DNA of 64,000 bases, taken from the NCBI RefSeq assembly GCF_963921235.1, contig NC_086097.1, positions 156,366,001-156,430,000 on the forward strand. Reading direction: 5' to 3'. Positions 60,348 through 64,000 of this stretch are shown in pieces. The first letter of the stretch is position 1; every line of letters starts with the position of its first letter. A model generated the notes under the pieces. It had not been told where the DNA came from. It saw nothing but the letters and a program-made list of their open reading frames with translations, and did no database searches. The position numbers and the translations under genes were made by a program. This stretch comes from Mobula hypostoma (lineage: Eukaryota).

Positions 60348-61875
60348 TCACCATATGCAGTTCTGAGATCCATTTTCTTGAGGGCACAATCAGCAATTCG
60401 ACAGGGTAGTAACTATAACAGAGTCAATGAAAGGTCAACCAGAGTGCAGAAGACAATAAATTGTGCAAATGCAAATATAAATAAATAGCAATAAATAATG
60501 AGAAAATAGCATAATGAGATAAAGAATCTTTGAAAATGAGATCATTGGTTGATGAGAAATTTTCAATAATGGGGCAAGTGAAGTTGAATGTAGTTATCCT
60601 CTTTCATTCAAGAGCCTGATGGTTGAGAAGTAGTAGCTGTTCCTTGAACCTGTTGATGCGAATTCTGAGGCACTTCTCCCTGATGGCAGAAGTGAGAAGA
60701 CAACACGACTTGGGTGGTGGGGAACTCTGATAAAAGATGCTGCTTTCTTATGACAGTGTTTCCTGAAGATATGCTCAATAGTTGAGATGGATTTATTCAT
60801 GATGTACTGTAGGAATTTTGTCGGATTTTCCGTTCAAAGGTATTGGTGTTTCCATACCAGGCTATGATGCAGTCAATATACTCACCACAGCACATCTATA
60901 GAAGTTTGACAAAGTTTTAGATGTCATTTTGAATCTCTGAAAAATCCTAAAGAAGTTGAGGTGCTGCCACGTTTTCCTTGCAATCGCACTTATTGCTGAA
61001 TGCAGGACAGGTCCTCTGAAATAGAAACGCCCAGAAATTTAAGAAGTTGCTGACCCTCTCCACCTCTGATCCTTTGATGAGGACTGGCACATGGACCTCT
61101 GGTTCCCTCTCCTGAAGTCTATAATCAGTTCCTTAATCTTGCTGACATTGAGTGAGAGATTAATGTTATGATACCACTCAGCCAGATTTTCATTCTCCCT
61201 GCTATATGCTGATTCATCATCACTTTTGATTCAGCCCATGATAGTGGTGTCATCAGCAAACCTGAATATGACATTGGAGCTATGCTTAGCCACACAGTCA
61301 TAAGCATAAGGTGAGTAGAGCAGGGGGCTAATCACGGCCCTGTGATTATACAAATACAAAAAAAAAACAAAATAGGAACTAGCAATAGGTAAGTAAGTAA
61401 TAAATAATATTGAGAACATGAGTTGCAGAGTGAGACCATAGGTTGTGGAATCAGCTGAGTGTTGGAGTGAATGAAGTTTTCAACTCTGGTTCAGGAACCT
61501 GATGGTTGAAAGGTAATAACTGTTCCTGAACCTGGTGGTGTGGGACCTAAGGATCCCTATAACTTCTTCCAGGTGACAGCGGTGAGAAGGGAACATGAAC
61601 ACAAAAAAATCTGCAGATCCTGGAAATCTAAGCAATACACACAAGATACTGCAGGAACTCAACAGGCAAGTCAGCATTTATGGAAAAGAGTAAACCGTCA
61701 ATATTTCGGGCCGAGACCCTTCATCAGGACATCAGGACAAAGAGCAGGCCTGGATGGTGTGGGTTATTGATTATGGATGATGCTTTCCCGTGTCTGAGCT
61801 CCTTGTAGGTGTGCTCAATAGTGGGGAGGACTTTACCTGTTATGGACTGAGCTGTATCCACTATTTTTTGTAGTT
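60348..61875 (-). mobile_element. Rex1-like LINE fragments (at least two)
   Basis: RVPHHPSRVVFSLLPSGR, IFRFADDTTIMG and HTTRFRNSYY. The outer tail lies left of the Tc1, at 58688-58727. Confidence 0.85.
61598..61738 (-). mobile_element. Solo PLE 3'-terminal unit with apparently intact hammerhead core
   Basis: Homologous to 4899-5028. Minus strand 61697-61730 reads GUC-CUGAUGA-AGGGUCUCGGCCC-GAAA-UAUU-GAC. An 8-bp atcaggac duplication sits at its 5' end. Confidence 0.8.
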
Positions 61876-62443
61876 GTATAGAACAAGAGAAGGCCATTCA
61901 GCTCACTAAGTCAATTCATTTCACCAGGTATGCAGTATATAACTAACTCTAGTAACAATTTTATCCCTTCTAATACATCTCCCAAGGAAGTCATTTCAGA
62001 TTTTATAAAGCTGTTTCCTGCAATTCCCCTTGAAATTAAATTGAGCAAAACTTCACAGCAAGTATCAATCCTAATATAATAAAATTATCTTCAAAATGCA
62101 GCTAAGCACTCATATCAGAATGCAAACGGCTTTGTATATGAAGCCTCACGTGTATCAATATGAAGATAATACAAACAATAAAGTCAAAGCTGGTGATGAT
62201 GGGTCCAGGATGAAATGGCGAACAATTTCAAGTTCATAATGTTGAAAGTTCTTCCTTATTTAATAAATTATTTCAGTAAACTATTTGAAGACCTTCTGTA
62301 AAGGGGAGGGGGCAGTGGGAATATAGGTTGCCAGTCTTAGGTCCTGAAGCTTATGGCTGCACAACTGAGACTGAAGATAAAATATACTGTGAGCAAAATC
62401 TGTACAATATCAATATGCAAACTTCCGACTGTTTACTTCTTCA

Positions 62444-64000
62444 GAATCAGAATCAAAATCAGATTTAATATCACTGTTGTGAAATTTGTTAACTTTACAG
62501 CAGCAGTACAATGAAATACATGATGCATAAATATAGGGGAAGACTGAGTTACATTAGGTATATATATATATATATATATATATATCTATTAAATAGTTAA
62601 ATTTGTAGGCATTTTTGAATGTTTTAGTTGACAAACCAAATCTCCTCAAACCCCTAATGAAATATAGGTGCTGTTTTGCCTTCTTTATAGCTGCATCAAT
62701 ATGTTGCGTCCAGGTTAGGTCCTCTGAGATATTGACCCTTGGGAACTTGAAATTGCTCATTCTCTCCACTTCTGATCCCTCTATGAAGACTGGCTTGTGT
62801 TCCCTCGTCCTATCTTTCCTGAAGTCCACAATCAGCCCTTTGGTCTTGCAGATATTCAGTGCAAAGTTGTTGCTACGACCACACTCAACTAACTGGTATA
62901 TTTCAGTTCTGCATACTCTTTCGTCACCATCTGAGGTTCTGACAACAATTGTTGTATCATCAGCAAACTTATAGATGCTGTTTGAACTAGCCACACAGTC
63001 ATGAATGTAGAGAGGGTAGAGCAGTGGGCTAAGCACATGTTATTTCCAATCCGCAACAGATTGCAGTCTTCTGGTTAGAAAGTTGAGAATCCGGTTGCAG
63101 AGGGAAGTACATGGGCCTAGGTTCTGTAGTTTTTCAATCTTGACATAGCTATTTGCATTGTCCCGGTGATTCAAGGCTGCGTGAGGTGCAATTGAGATCG
63201 CGTTATCAGTAGACCTATTGTGGCAATATGCAAATTGCTGAAGATTCAGGTACTTCCATAGACAGGTGTTGATTCTAGCCATGACTGACCTTTCAAAACA
63301 TTTCATCACTATAGATATGAACGCTACTGGATGGTAATTGCTGAGGCAGGTCACACTGCTTTTCCTGGCATTGGTATAATCGTTGCCCTTTTGAAGCAGG
63401 TGCAAATGTCTGACTGTAGCATTGAGATGTTTAAAATGTATTTGAATACTCCTATCAGTTGGTTGGTACAGGTTTTTAGAGCCTTGCAAGGTACTCCATT
63501 GGGCCCTGCTGCCTTGCGAGGGTTCACTCTCTTGAACGACAGCCTGAAGTCCACCTCCAAGACACAGATCACAGGGTCATCAAATGCTGCATCAATCCTC
63601 ATAGCTGTGGTTTTATTCTCCCTTTCAAAGTGAGCATAAAAGGTATTGTGCTCATCCGATAGTGAAGCATTGGTGCCATTCATGATGTTGGGTTTTGCTT
63701 TGTAGGAAGTATTAGCCTGCAAACCCTGCCACAGTTGATGGGCACCCAATGTCGCCTCCAACCTCTCCCAGAATAGTTTTTTGACTCTTGAAATAGCCCT
63801 CTACAAGTCATACCTGGTTTTCTTATACAAGTCTGAATCACTAGACTTGAATGCCTCAGAGCTAGACCTCAGCAGTCTACGAACCTCCTGGTTCATCCAT
63901 TGATTTTTGTTTGGGAATGTACAGTAAGTTTTCGTAGGGACATACTCATTCACACAGGTTTTAATGAAGTCAGTGACAACTGTAGCATACTCATCCAAGC
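62444..64000 (-). mobile_element. Rex1/Babar-like LINE RT region, runs off the window end
   Basis: RKAAGPNGVP, NYHPVAFISIVMKCFER, QFAY, LSPLLY, YKFADDTTIV and NICKTKGLIVDFRK, with an (agaatc)n tail and (TA)n at 62559-62585. Confidence 0.92.

Noticed and set aside
1..64000. Prokaryotic-style systems (operons, CRISPR arrays, retrons, defence islands) suggested by RT and nuclease ORFs
   Set aside because: All RT and nuclease ORFs belong to eukaryotic LINE, PLE or Tc1 families and are mostly broken. There is no gene-dense organisation and no regularly spaced repeat-spacer array.

Overview
This is AT-rich eukaryotic DNA, not prokaryotic, and it is dominated by transposable elements. The repeat mix points to a cartilaginous fish (shark or ray); this is inferred from CR1 LINEs with an esterase ORF1 and octamer tails, Rex1/Babar LINEs, V-SINE/HE1-like SINEs, Penelope-like elements (PLEs) and Tc1. 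I recognise no host protein-coding exon, tRNA, rRNA or CRISPR array. Nearly all ORF-track entries are TE fragments or antisense shadows of them. Main features: a near full-length CR1 (14.1-18.4 kb), a full-span dead DD34E Tc1 (58.7-60.3 kb), a degenerate near full-length Rex1 (47.0-50.1 kb), two solo-LTR-like elements, and RTE-type non-autonomous elements and MITEs. The most interesting system is a PLE family with a minimal hammerhead ribozyme motif in its 3' region. It occurs at three scales, often with 10-14 bp target-site duplications (TSDs). The large form includes a young 2.15-kb insertion with 820-bp inverted arms. The middle form is a 150-220 bp fold-back miniature, and the small form is a ~115-135 bp solo unit starting at the ribozyme. 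The inverted arm repeatedly stops ~32-35 nt short of the 3' end. All alignments were made by eye, and boundaries of old repeats are approximate.
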